This document shows, in pieces, positions 8,762 to 9,751 of a DNA stretch of 9,751 nucleotides. The stretch is from Paraspadella gotoi (lineage: Eukaryota > Animalia > Chaetognatha). Location: assembly GCA_051294375.1 (NCBI GenBank), contig JBJCIZ010000892.1, forward strand, positions 1 through 9,751. The letters are read 5' to 3'. Position numbers and translations under genes: made by a program. Position 1 is the first letter of the stretch. The number at the start of each line of letters is the position of its first letter. The notes under the pieces are model-generated. The model did no database searches. It was not told the origin of the DNA and saw nothing but the letters and a program-made list of their open reading frames with translations.

Positions 8762-8786
8762 NNNNNNNNNNNNNNNNNNNNNNNNN
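8762..8786. other. Assembly gap (25 N); further N runs at 9282-9291 (10 N) and 9550-9664 (115 N)
   Basis: N runs seen directly in the sequence. Confidence 0.99.
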
Positions 8787-9751
8787 GATAGAAGGAGTGA
8801 TTTACTGACAAGGTATGATCAGGTTCTTGGTCCGATTTTTGCAGATGTAAAAGGAGATGCTGGATTGCAAGATATTTTCGACTTTTGAATGGTGATGAAA
8901 AATGACTTTACTTTTAAATGGGCTGGTGATATTGAAAGTCGGATTGATAGAGTTTATGCTGATATGACGATAGCAGGGGAAGTGGGTAAAATCACTTCTC
9001 AGACTTGTCCCTGGGTAAATTATGGACATAAAATGTTAAAGCTCGAATTTAAAGAAAAATTAAAAAATAGGTTGTGGATACTGGAAGTTTAATGTTTCTT
9101 TGTTACTTGATATTGAATATATTCAACTTGTTAGGGAAACATGGGAAGATTTTAAACAAGGTAAGGATGAGTTTGGGAATATAGGGGAATGGTGGGACTG
9201 TAGCAAATCTGTTTTGCGCAGTGTTACTATAGATTATGCGAGACGAAAGAGATTAAGAGAGAGTAGGATTATTAAAGGTTTNNNNNNNNNNAAAGAAAGG
9301 TTAGAAAATGAAGTTCGAAATGGATACGGATCTATATTCAATGAGGATCATTTGGCTTATGTTAAAAAGAGGTTAGCAGAGGAAGAGGAGAGAAAGGCTG
9401 AGGGGGCAAGGATAAGATCAAGAGCGCCTCATTTTGAGACAAGGGAACCGGGCTTGGCATATTTTAGTAGGGTTGAGAAAATGAGATATAATGGTAGTTT
9501 AATTTATGGATTAAAAGATAAACAAGGTCAGGTTAGGAAAGGGTCAGAGNNNNNNNNNNNNNNNNNNNNNNNNNNNNNNNNNNNNNNNNNNNNNNNNNNN
9601 NNNNNNNNNNNNNNNNNNNNNNNNNNNNNNNNNNNNNNNNNNNNNNNNNNNNNNNNNNNNNNNNAAAAAGATTGGTGTGATAGAGTGATTGGGAAGGATG
9701 AAGTGGAACATGTTCTAAGGGGAATGGCCTCGGGTAAGTCGCCTGGGGCTG
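8787..9751 (+). repeat. Near-identical second copy of ORF2 segment 5247-6199 (end of APE, linker, start of RT)
   Basis: By-eye alignment shows only 1-2 nt indels and no substitutions. The frame is open from 9067 to the window end across both internal N runs. Confidence 0.95.

Overview
Eukaryotic genomic DNA dominated by one plus-strand non-LTR retrotransposon of the L1/Tx1 type. It has an A-rich 5' leader (from about 2400), an intact 561-aa ORF1 (2695-4380), an AT-rich spacer and an ORF2 (4728-8566). ORF2 carries an APE endonuclease, a reverse transcriptase (YVDD) and a C-terminal CCHC finger, and is broken by many 1-nt indels. The most unusual feature is ORF1. A Tx1-like RRM/zinc-knuckle N-terminus is fused to an SGNH esterase domain, which sits between two CCHC knuckles; I know this domain from CR1/L2/RTEX ORF1s rather than L1/Tx1. 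After a 25-N gap, 8787-9751 repeats 5247-6199 with indel-only differences and a mostly restored reading frame. This suggests the ORF2 frameshifts and the duplication are largely sequencing or assembly artefacts and that the element is young. Positions 1-2400 hold no recognisable gene, only an (AG)17 microsatellite, short repeats, palindromes and a possible exon-like segment.
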